From Dipteris shenzhenensis (lineage: Eukaryota), in the NCBI GenBank assembly GCA_047967505.1, contig CM106538.1: DNA of 64,000 bases. The stretch is one strand, 5' to 3'. This document shows, one piece after another, positions 35,401 to 47,100 of the stretch. Each line of letters opens with the position of its first letter. The stretch's first letter is position 1. Below the pieces are notes generated by a model, which was not told the origin of the DNA, searched no databases, and worked only from the letters and a program-made list of their open reading frames with translations. The position numbers were made by a program, and so were the translations under genes.

Positions 35401-38007
35401 TCCTTACCTTGAAAGACCACCGTGGGAATGGTGTTCAAAGCAAGGAAGACGGCATTCGTAGCTGAGAATGGAGGCGGGGCTGGAAGAGCCAATACATTGG
35501 CGACAGACGAAGTAGGTGCTTTCGCAGCCTTTTCGGCAAGCCACTTCCGACAATCCTTCTTGCTATGCCCAGCGATGTGGTGCTAATGAAAGCAGCGATG
35601 TTCTTGGTGGTACCGCTTCTGCTCGTCGGGCTATAGTAGATAGCCTCCCGTAATACCCGCTTTAGCCTTCTCATCCGGAGTCATCTTTGGCTTGGACTCC
35701 TTCTTTCGACCAGAAGCCTGGCCGTCTTTCTTTTGGAACTAGTTGTCCTTCTTCTGATCCTTACCTGCTGTGTTGTTTGACTACTGTGGGGCTTTGGAAT
35801 CTTTTTGGACCTGCTTGGGCTTTCCCCCGTTCAGCATCATCTCTTAATTTTGTGTGAGAGTCAGCGCCCGCTCGTAATGCCCGCTCGTAATCTGGTGGGT
35901 TGAAGTTCCGAATGGTAAAATGTATGTTCGTGTCCAATCCTCGAATGAATTGCTTCATCTTGGCGCTCTCTGTCATGCCCAACTATTGTGCCAGTGTGAT
36001 GACCTTGTTATTGTATGTCAACACAGGCAAACCATTCGGCCACAAACGTTGCCCAAACAAAATTCGTCTTAAACGTTGTTGGGTCAGTATGCTTACTAGC
36101 CCAATGCTGCCACCAAGTCACCACCTCACCTGTAAGATGAGGGGCTGCAAGGTGGACTTTATCTTGCTTATCTTGAATCCGCGCTAACGGAAAATGAGCT
36201 ACAAACTAATGAATAAATTACAAAATTGCTGAATGGTCACACTAACCATCATACTTAACAAAATTTGAGTGGACCACGTGAGTGGTGTTACCTTTGTCGA
36301 TGGCGAAGCTGTGGTAGTGATGGCTGCTACGCTCAAACTTGCTTGCATAGTGGCTAACATCTGTTTGTGTTGGAGAAGCATCGCCTCTCGGTCTAGCTTT
36401 TGTTGCCTCTCTGTCTGGGTGAGCTCTGCGCATCGCAATGCCTCCTCATTTTTGCGTTTCTCACGCATCAACAAGAGCAGTTTTTCAAAATCTGTGGTTC
36501 CTCTTTCTTCCAGCAGCTTTTCCGCTTCTTTTTCCTCTAGACGTTGTTTTGTCTGGTCCAGCTGTCTTCTACTTTCTTCTAGCTGGGATGAATGTTCTTC
36601 GAGTTGCTGCAGGAGGACCCGATTTTGCTCTAGAAGGTTCGCCATCAATTCTTGAGCACTTGGCGGAAGCGTATCTTGTAGTCTTTCTCCTCTTCAAAGT
36701 CTTCGAAGATGAAATCTTTTCCTGACCCTTCCATGGCGCTTGATTGTGTGTCCTTTCCGGATCTCAACACAACCATACACTTGCAGCAGTCAAGCTGGAT
36801 ATAGACCAAAGCTCTGATACCAATGTAACATGCAACGGTAATCTGATCGTGTAATTCACAGCAAGACCTTCTTTAAACCTTTAGCAAGGAATTAGCGTTG
36901 TTTACCATAGAGAGAGAAAGGAGATGAGGGTAGAGAGAGAGTAGAGTCGATAACCGATTGGGTCCCTGTACCCACTGAGGGCCGCCTCCCCCAATTAGGG
37001 GAGGATTTGCTTTATACTTGGAGAACTGAGAAATACAAAGAACACTCTTCGAGAGAGCATGGAACGCACTTCTGAAGAGCTCATTGTGCACACGTATAGC
37101 AGACCCAAAGATCTGAGAGGCAACGCCGACCAATACCGAGACCTTGATGCTGTCCACACTGACAATGTAGGATGCTTTTGCGAGGCAAGGAAGAGGTTTA
37201 TGCTGTCCACCATAATGCAGGGTTACTGAGAAAGCTGAGAGTAATAGATACTGAGAGAGAACTGAGATATGACTGAGAGAATAGAGCTAAGAAATAGGCC
37301 GTGTAGCCTATAAAAGAAAGCTGAGAAAGCTGATGAAACAGTGTCCAAACCTCTCTCCGTTTGCTGGTCCAAACCTCCGACTGTGGTGCTGCGTGGACAG
37401 CTTCAGATCAGGCTGAACTGATGGCCAAGGGACTGAGGCTAGAGCAGGGCCAGATCTTAGGAGTTCAGGGCCTCCACAAGGAGGCTGAAGTGGAGCTGTA
37501 GAGAGCTGTAGGCAGGAGCAACTGGATGCTTCAAAAGGGCAGCAAAGGGGCCCTTTTATAGGGCTGTGGAACTGAGCCAATCCAGTCTGTAAACAGCCAA
37601 CTGGGTGGGTCTGTTTTACAGACTGGTTGGCCTACAACCAGTCTATAAATAGCCCTCCTGGCTCATTTGCCAGGGGAGTTTTTGGGCAGCCTTTGCAGGC
37701 TGCCTTCCTTGCTTACCTGTCCAGCCTTTGGGGGCCCTAAAGGGGCTCCTAACCTCGGCTAAGACCTAACCTATAAGATGGAAACACTAAGCTACTGTTG
37801 TCCAGTGGGTACTAGTGAACAAGAACTGAATTGTTGACTTGACCTAAGGCTGAGAGACTGACCTACGTAGCCTGTGCATGACTGTCCCTGGACAAGGGCT
37901 CACAGGGGTCACATCATATGACAAAATTTCCTATCTGGGAACTATAACGCACTTGTCGATGTAGCCAGTGTGTCACTTTGCACCGAAGTGCAGGGGTGCA
38001 TGTGACA
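32401..38007 (-). mobile_element. Chromoviral Ty3/gypsy element with RT/RNase H deleted
   Basis: 5' LTR 36824-38007 (TG..CA); PBS-iMet (gctctgatacca 36811-36822); gag with zinc knuckle; protease (CDMILGIQWF); RT start IRPSSSPFAAP fused to integrase (~34510); chromodomain-like end (~33400-33600); PPT 33378-33390; truncated 3' LTR 32401-33377. Confidence 0.95.
36824..38007 (-). repeat. Gypsy 5' LTR (1184 bp)
   Basis: tgtaaca...tgtgaca termini; 36977-38007 matches 32401-33377 with indels. Confidence 0.93.
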
Positions 38008-40554
38008 ACTTCTCAGATACATGGGTCAGAGGGGTGTCAGCCCTCTACAGATCAGCCCACAGCCAGGTTCTTATTGGTGGAGTCAGGGGAGACAGGTTTG
38101 AGATTACCAGATCAGTCCGTCAGGGTTGCCCCCTAGCCCCCTTTCTTTTCCTCTTTGTGGTTGAGGGTATGAGCTATTACATTAGAGCTCAAGCTGGAAT
38201 TGTAGGGCTCAGGCTTCCTCTGAGGCAGGAGGATGAGCTCTTAGACAGTGAGTTGGCAGATGACACGGCTGTTTTTTTGGATGCCACTCCACAGACACCA
38301 AATTCATTCAGGACAGCATTGGATTTGTTTTGCATTGCAGCAGGTGCACACATTAATTGGAACAAATCCAATGGCTTTTAGATCAGTGATGAGGACACTC
38401 CAGTCTGGGGGATTGACATAGGGTTCACTTGGATTTAGAGGGGAGTCTCGGTCAGATATCTGGGATGCCAGGTTGGGTTGGGCATCTCTCCGGCATAGCA
38501 GTTCGCTCCCGTGTTGGAGAGTATCAGGAGGAAACTCATCTTTTGGAGTTCAGCTAGACTTGACCTTGCATCCAGTGTTGTGGTTGTGAACCAGGTATTG
38601 TTGGCCACTACTTGGTTTGTTTGCTCATGTTGGTGCAGATCTAGAGATTGTATCACTCAGCTCATGAGACCTATCAAGAACTTCCTATGGAGCGGTTTAG
38701 ATGGCACCTCAGATGTTGTATCCAGGGTGGCTTGGGAGACCCTCATTCTCCCCACAGGAGAAGGGGGTCTCAATATTATTGACCCGAGCTTGTAGAGTAT
38801 GGCCTTGCTCTGCAAGTTTGTAGTACGTGGATTGATGCCTAAACAGGAGCCCTGGAAGGATTTTTTCTCACGCAGTATTCAGTCTTGCACCCCTTCTCAT
38901 GGGGGAGATTGGTTGGACAGTAGCAGATGGATCTTTACCTCAGCCCACCTTATCCCCACCTTCCCCTCTCATGGCTGCTATTCTGAAAGCTTGGGGCTGC
39001 TTCAGAAACACACTTCGCAGAGTTCCACCCACTTCTCGTGAAGAGATTCAAAGGCAGCCAGTCATGTGGAATGACTCGATTTTGGATCATCATGGCAGGC
39101 CACTAGGAGTGTCACATTTTATGCAGTGGTCTAGATGGGAGAGGGGACATGCCTCTACTGTAGGCACTTGGCAAGCCTTTATGAGACTTCTAGAGGATCA
39201 TAGATTTTTAGCAGTTGGCCACCTCAGAGGGAGAGATACAGGCAGCCATTCCGCCAGAGTGGATTGACACAGATGACATGTCGCTTACAGAGTCCACTTG
39301 GTGGGGAGTGTTCTAAGGGACGGGCATTCCGTTAGAGATCATTGCATTGCAGGATGCACATGAGGATACCATTGTCTTTAATGTTCTGTCGAGAGGCAAA
39401 CTTATCAGATCTTTTGATGATATTCTTTTGGAGGTTGCATTTCAGCCTATCAGGATTGCAAGATTCATGGAGTGGGGCAGGGATTCACAGTGATATCTTG
39501 ACCCTGATCCTATTCTCCCTGCACTGGGGTCTTGGAGACTTTGGCAGCCGTATGGTGGTTCCCCTATTAGGTTCTTGCAGTGGGACCTAGGGAAGTGGGA
39601 ATGGATTGATGAGGGGCACCGAGAGAAGAGCTTTTCCTTCTTTCAATATACAGTTAGAAATGCCCGGAGATTTCAGCTCAGTAGTAGAGGTTGGAGGCCC
39701 TCCAGAGCGCCACACTGGGATAGTTTTCAGATTTCCCCAGCTGTGCGGAAGAACTTTTGGCGTAGGCTCTGGAAATCCCTCAGGAATAGAAAGGTCACTC
39801 TTTTCTTTTGGCTTTCTATTCATGGAGGAATTGCAGTGAACTTGTGAAGATCCAGGTTCGAGGCTGACCCTACTTGTCCTCCTTGTCACATGGCAGTTGA
39901 GTCAGTACATCATTGCCTTTGGGAGTGCAGACAGGCGAGGACAATATGGAAAGGTGTTGCTAGGATTTTCAACATCTTTCATACAGCACCTTTTTATATG
40001 ACTTGGGGTTCAGTGGCTTGGTTATCTCTTACTGGCGCACAGGTGTTCTTCGAGGGACATGATCCAGATCCAGCTTTGATTGTACGGCGACATTCAGTGG
40101 AGTCTTGTTCCCTCCAAGATGTTCCCCACACTCCTTTTAGAGCTGCTCATGCCTCAATAGACACGTCTTGGGATATTTTGGCTAGCATTGCAGCTTGGCA
40201 TATTTGGAGAGCCATGTGTACAGAGGCGATGGAGGTTATCCAGGTTCACCCTTCCCAGACTATGGCCAGTATTTGGACTGACACAGTACACACTTTGATG
40301 GCCATTTGGGCGAGCCTGCAGGGATCCTCTTGAGCAGCCACTACTAGGAGAGTTACTTTTTTCAGAGTTTGGAGGGGATCTCCTTTCTTCTCTGAGTTGC
40401 CTTTAGGGTTGAATGGCATTTTCAGCCTCCGCCTTGGTTCTTCATTAGCTCACTTTGAGCTGTTTTTTCATGCATTGCATGATGTACTCCCGCATTTGAG
40501 CTTGCTCTCGCGGCTTTCATTTATACTTAATGAAGTAATTTTCTTGAAAAAAAA
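38008..40554 (+). mobile_element. L1-clade LINE 3' part, same family as 1-2828, poly(A) tail
   Basis: Colinear with 245-2828 (WVRGVSALY, RQGCPLAPFLF, ELADD, zf-RVT); poly(A) at 40547-40554; left end cut by the gypsy LTR. Confidence 0.95.
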
Positions 40555-40559
40555 ATATA

Positions 40560-41285
40560 TATCACGTCCCTAAAACGGTGCCGCATACATGGCGGTCGGC
40601 CTTACTAGAGTGTCGAAAAGCCAACACTTCGTCGGTGGATCCTAGAAGTGCGCCTGGAAGCACTATCGCTCTAGTCCGGCCAAGGCACCATGCCCTCGTG
40701 TGAGTCGTGCTTTGGCTGTGTGGGTCATCGTGAAAACTGACCCTGTGAAAACCGCACCCAAGTATGTTTAGGACTGCACAATCTCCACTGGCTGACTCTG
40801 GTATGTAAATCTATGTTGGTGAAGCACTGTGTAGGAGGTGTTGAAGATCATGACCTTGGTCTTCCCACGGTTGACACCATCAGGTCTCTCTCTTTGCAGA
40901 ATGCCTCTAGGGTATCTAGATGTCTCTGTGGTCCCTCTGCCGAAGATGACAAGAGGACTATGTCATCCGCATATAGTAGAACCTGTATCATCAAGTCCAC
41001 TAGTGGTGCTCCCTCACCTCCTAGGCGGTCTATGAAAGATGTAATCTCATCAATGTAGAGCCCGAAGAGAGTTAGTGAGGGAGGGCACCCGTGCTTTACT
41101 CCGATCGTGCTCTCAATCCAGTCTGATAGGCCTCCTGGGGCACGAATTCTCCCTCTAACGGACTTGTATAGGCTCACCACTCCCAGATCAGAACCTCTGG
41201 AATCTGCATATCCTGTAGTCTCTTGATCATGCAGGATCACAGGACAGCGTCGAAGGCCTTCCGAAAGTCTACAAAACAAGCGAAG
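40560..41285 (-). mobile_element. RTE-X-like RT fragment
   Basis: STIGVKHGCPPSLTLFGLYIDE, LLYADDIVL in ORF 40848-41453. Confidence 0.9.
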
Positions 41286-41559
41286 GCGAGGGTGCCCCCC
41301 TTCATTACAAAGGTGCCTCCCTTCATGGGCTTGGATCCAAGTGATAGTTCCAATTATTGTGGGGATCATTATTTGGGGTTTCGTATCCCTTTGGTGAAAT
41401 GACGTTCTATTGAGTGCATCTTCTCTTGCTATACACCTTCTTGGAGAGGGCAATCAATCACTCCTTGCATGTGTCACACATTGTGGCCCCGTATCACCTC
41501 CACTACTCGCACCTAAGTTGCCTCCTCAGCATTTCCCCCTAGCTTGATGGTGGGTAGTG

Positions 41560-42480
41560 AGATCCATACCAACAAGCCAACTGTGGATTTGTGCAAAAGG
41601 ACAAGAGGAGAAAGTACGCAAACTCAAAAAGTCACTCCTTGGTCTCAAGGAAACGGCTAGCTTATGGGACATAGAGATCGATGCCTTTGTCAAGACTTTT
41701 GACATGCAAAATACCACATCAAATCCCAACTCTATAGCATCATCCTTGTGATTCTATAGGTGGATGACCTTGTCATTAGAAGCAATGACTATATACTCTC
41801 ATTGAACAGCTCAAGGTTGCAACTTGCAAGCAGTTTGAGATGACAGATTTGGGGCAGTTTGCACTAGTTCTTGGGCATAGGAGTATTTAAAATGAAAAGA
41901 TGGAATGTTTGTGAGCCATATGAAGTAAATATCGAAGCCAAAAGATGGAATCTTTGTGATCCATGTGATGCAGGCTTTTGAAAATCTCATTTGTAGGACA
42001 GCAAAAATAGCCATTAAGACAGGACTGAAACTGGATGCTACTATGAGGGTCTTGGTTAACTTAATGAGCATGAGGTTGGGCATTCATATAGTGTCACTTG
42101 TGTCAGCCAATATATGGGACACCCCCAAGAAGGAAGGCTAAAGTATTTTCAAGTATATCATGCATATGTTTGGACATTTAAAACCTTAAGATGAATGGTT
42201 TTTGTGATAGTGATTGGGCTGGGATCAAGGACTGGAAGTCCATGACAGGCTATGCTCACTCAGCAATGGCAATATTTTCTGTGTGAGGAAGAACTAGAAC
42301 CCTAGTTCTCTCATATTCAATTAGGTTCAGAATATGGCAGCTAGTGCAGCAGTGTGTGCAATTCTGGCTTCTGAAATTTCTTTGTGAGCTTGGCGTAGCA
42401 CATTAAGATTCAGCTCTTTCCGGTTGCAATAACCAGTCTTGTGATGATGTGGCCAAGAATCCTTTAAACACATTTACATG
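41560..42480 (+). mobile_element. Degenerate copia RT/RNase H fragment
   Basis: KGQEEKVRKLKKSLLGLK, VDDLVI, FEMTDLG, GFCDSDWAG. Confidence 0.85.
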
Positions 42481-44131
42481 TGATGAAAAGGAGGAAAACA
42501 CGCAGCAAACCGATAAGCAAATGTGCTGCAAAAGTATATGGTACATGAATGCTATACAATTGAGACCTGCTTGCATTTTCCAACTCCGGCTTTGCCAGTT
42601 TGTACAACCGCCACTGCTAATGACGATTCTTTCATTTGCCAAGCTCTACTGTTCATTATTTGTCTGCTATCCTCCTCTCTATCATCTTCCGTCACCGTGC
42701 CTTATATTTGCTAATTATCTACTTTAAATCTGAGTGCAATTAAATAGTCCTATCCTAGTGTTCTAGGTGCCCTGCCTACTGTCCCATATACCTTAATGGC
42801 CTTAGTGTCCTAAGTGTTCATAGGAATCCAACTTTTTCGAAGCCATCTTTTTTGCCCTAGTGTTTTACCTACCTTTGTTGTCTTCATTTATTTTAAAAAA
42901 CCATGTTTTAGACAGCGTCTATATGAGACCTCCTTTGCTCATCTTCATACTCTTCATGTGTCTGGAGTACTCTTGAGATTATTGCTTCTGGTTTTGTGCA
43001 TATGTGCATGATTAATCTCTAACATGCCAGCCTATTGGGGCAGTGTATCAGGTGCAGAAGTTTCGGTGAATACTAGTTTAGGTGTCGGATAAGAAAAGGA
43101 AAGTACAAAGCCAAGTTTCACAAAGTTGCGTGTAGAGAAGATTAGCCCGGGAACCCCTATATACAGAGTTGTTAAAGCTCCACTTTCTTTTTGGTTTGTA
43201 GATCACATTGAATGGAATTCTTTTGTAAGGCTATAAAATGGGTCGAGGAATGTCCAGCATGAGGATGTTTGGCCAGAAGCCAGCTATTAATATCCTTGGC
43301 CACTAGGCTGATTGAGGCAAAAGTCTTTCTCTCTTAAAGCTTTCTGGTTTCATTGAATCTAATGCCGATTCTCTTAAAGATAATCTATTGTCGCTTCTTG
43401 CACTTACCAATACAGCAGACAATAGAAAGGCCATAGGTTTCTCCATTTCTATACATGGTAGGTTGAAGCTCTGAAACGTGGTTTAAGAAAACCCTGAACT
43501 TCCTCAAGAGCAGTCAAGAAAGAAAGCTTCAGTTCACTCGGTAATGAGGGAAAATAGAGGTGAGGAGGCAGAAAATTGAAATACGTTGGGGAAGAGGAAC
43601 GAGGCATGGGGAGGGAAACACACTCAAGGAAGGATGGAGGGAAGACCAAGGGGACATAAAAGAGGGCATCATAGGTTCAATAAGGTCGAGAGAAAGATCA
43701 AGGATGGAAAACAGCAGCGGTGAGAAGAGCAAGCAGGAAAGGGAAGAAAACATCCCCAGGTGGGTGGGGAGCAATAGTGAAAAGGTGTCAAGCAGTAGTA
43801 GTGAAAATCAGGGTACATTGCAGAAGAGATAATTAGTAGGAGAGGGTGGGGATAAGCAGGGAAAAAATTGACAAGAGGCACTGAAAAGCAGTAAATGGAA
43901 AATGAGGGAAATTGCGTGAACCCTTGAATGGTCAAGGGATTAGTAGGGCAGTGAGGGGGGGAAACATAAGTGAGAGCAGGGCGTCTCACTCTCTTGGTAC
44001 TGCAGTTTTTCTTCTGGTACCCGATCCGTCATATAGAGGAAGCAATATAAATAAAAGTGTTCCTTACAACTCAACATTTTCAAGAAATAAACCTTAGCAC
44101 TATTTTGATTTCAAAAGGATTTCACTTGCAG

Positions 44132-44178
44132 GTGGGTCTCTAAAGATGGGCTAGGAGCTTTTGGTCGGCTTTTTATTG
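44132..44178 (+). CDS. RUS5: RUS5-like exon (WVSKDGLGAFGRLFI)
   Basis: ttgcag acceptor, gtgtgt donor; RUS family WxxKDGxG motif. Confidence 0.9.
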
Positions 44179-47100
44179 GTGTGTCCATCCTGCTATCTCC
44201 TTGGATTACTTACTGCTTAGCTCCTTATAATTGACTTTCATCATTATGAAGGGTGGGTTTGTCTTGTAGAAAATTCCATATCTGCTGTATAGTGCTTCAG
44301 GTGGGCGTTTTGGAAGACTCTTTGATGATGACCCTAAACAATGGCGAATGTATGCTGAATTCATTGGCAGTTTCGGAAGGTTAGCAACTGCTCAGGCTTT
44401 TGAAGAAAAAGGGACAAGTTCCCTAGCCTGTGTTTCTAGAGCATATCTTATTCTTTTATAACATACTTTTTTCAATGATCACCTTATGTTGAAAGTTGAA
44501 CTAATATTAGGTTTATAGGTAAGCCTTTTTATTCTTAACCACACTATCGCTATTTTACCATTTGTAGCATTTTTGAGCTTGCTACACCAATTATGCCTGG
44601 ATTGTTTCTTCCTCTTGCTTCTCTTGGGCACCTTACCAAGGTACTGTGCATTTCTTGCATTGATTATAATCGAGGAATACATTCATTTGTTCAGTCATTT
44701 CTGGTTTCTAAGTTTTCTGGAGAATGCAGGTAAAAGCGGGCTAATGCTATTCTTGATATCAACTTCTTGGTGTGTATTATACTAAATCAGGCTGTAGGAA
44801 GAGGTTTAAAAGATCCTTCTTTCCGGGTTATCCAGAACCATTTTGCAATAGCTGGAAACATGGGAGAAGTTTCTGCTAAGGTGAAACATTCGGACCTTTC
44901 GAATGCTAATCGTGAGAATGTGTGGATCAGTCCACACACAATTTTTATTGTCCAACACTGATGCATAATTTTTATTAAAAGTATGAAAATGCATGTGATT
45001 TGAAAAACGTCATTAGCAATAGAGTTTAAATCTTGAAAGAGATTTTGGTGCAGCAACACAAAATCTTGGCATGGCCACACAAGCTAGCTAGACAAGTATT
45101 AGTCTCATAGATGGTCCTAGAGGCTAGAACACCTAACAACTATTCTTTGAGATGTTATAATCATTACTTGTGGATTATTGGATCTGTCCCATAGGTCTTG
45201 TTGGGTCTCCCAGTGGACATTAATAAAAATCATATTCTCTCTCTTTCTCTTTCTCTCTCAAAGATAGCTCCGGGCTGTTATCCCGATGCCTTCCCGTACA
45301 CCACACGTTCCACTAGACCTCCATCTCTTGGTTATGTGCCCCGCGATGGTTGGTACGATGAGGAGTGTAAGGCTTTTCGCTGACATCTCCGACTCGAGGC
45401 CAAATATAGCCTTCCAACGGAACCTGACACGATCTGCGAGTATCGTCACCTAGTACGCCAGAAGAAGCAGGCATTTGTTTGCCGAAACGAGGACGAGCTA
45501 CTGAATACTTTGCTCAGCAGCAACTCTAAAGACTTTTGGCGCAAGTTCCTTGAGCGGAAATCACCTCTACCCCTCACTGACACTCAAGTCTGGCACACCT
45601 ACGCACGTAGCTTGAATGACGTCCCCAACCAGCCAGCCTTAGACTTATCACACTCACCTCGCCCTACCATTTGCACTCTATTCACTAGAGGCGGTGTCAA
45701 GGACGTGGCATGGAAGCTCCATAGCAGGCGAGCGAAAGATCATGAGGATCTATGCACAGAGTTTATTGCATATGGGATTGAATGTCTTGGCCCTAATCCT
45801 TGCAAGGCTTTTCAATGACACGGTTTTCCTTGGCTTCCCACACACATGGACCCTCAACACCATCATGCCCATTCACAAGGTAGGAGATCCCATGAGCCCG
45901 GAAAACTACAGGACCATTATGATTGGGCATGTGATCTATGCATCAATACTTGACATAGAGGTCAGCAGATTTGCAAAGGTGCAAGGGCTCAGGGCCGAGG
46001 GCCAGGTAGGATTTCGACGTGATCATGGGACCATGGATTAGGGGGGTCATAGAGGAGGCCAGGTCGCGGAAACAGAGAGTATATTTTTGCTTTGTGGATT
46101 TCCGCAAAGCCTTTGACACGGCCTCATAAGACGCCTATAGAGACTGGGGTATGACCAAGAGATCATATGGGTTGTTATGGCGCTCTATGAGAGGGTCTTA
46201 GGCAGAGTTCGGACAGGTGCTGAATGGACAGATGAGGTTATGAGCACCATTGGGGTCAAACAGGGTTGCCCATTGTCACCAACCTTGTTTGGCCTCTACA
46301 TAGACGAGCTCGAGACCTTTATGGGAGGGCTAGTTGCTCTCTCGTCAGCACGTTGATTCATATACTGTTACATGCGGATGACGTGGTTCTAATGTCCTCA
46401 TCTGCTGAGGGCCTCTAGAGACATTTGGATGCGCTACAGGTTTTTTGTGAGTCACATGATCTGAAGGTCAACCTTGGCAAGACCAAGGTAATGATCTTCA
46501 ACACATCTCGAGCCGTCATGCATAGAGAGCAGTTCACATTTGATGGATCACTGGTTGAGATCATCTCCTCATATACCTACCTGGGTGTCGTCTTCTTTGG
46601 CTCGATTTTCACGATGAGACCAATGATGTAGGCCTGTTTGAGCCGCAGATATGCCTCACTTGCTCGCCTGGAGAGATAGTGCTTCCACTCACACTTTCAG
46701 GACCCTCAGACCAAGGCTCTTCTTTTTGACTCCTTGGTTCGACCAACAGGCATGTACTGCCCTTGTTGGGGGCCAGATCTCTCAGAGGCTTGGGTGGAGC
46801 GATTAAATATCCTCTTGCTCTCGCGGATGATCCGAAGCAAGCCATCAATTCCAGAGCACATCATTCGGCACGTTCCCATTGCAACTAGATGTGGCGTTCC
46901 AGACCATTACCTATCTACACCGGGCCAGACTGTACGAGTCCAGTACAGCGAAGCGACGTAGGTTGCCATGGTTGGCTCTATCTTCATCCATGAGCCTCAC
47001 AGATGGTGGGGATGAGAGAGGTTGGTATGCCCAGACACGTAGGTGGTTTGAGAGATTGGGGCTTCACATAGACAGGCTGCCTCCATTTCAGTACAGCTTA

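Noticed and set aside
36811-36822. tRNA-like sequence (also 51336-51347 and 59056-59068)
   Set aside because: These are 12-13-nt primer-binding sites complementary to the tRNA-iMet 3' end, not tRNA genes
43440-44000. Purine-rich stretch with overlapping short ORFs
   Set aside because: No recognisable motif or repeat partner in the window; probably a decayed TE or plain intron
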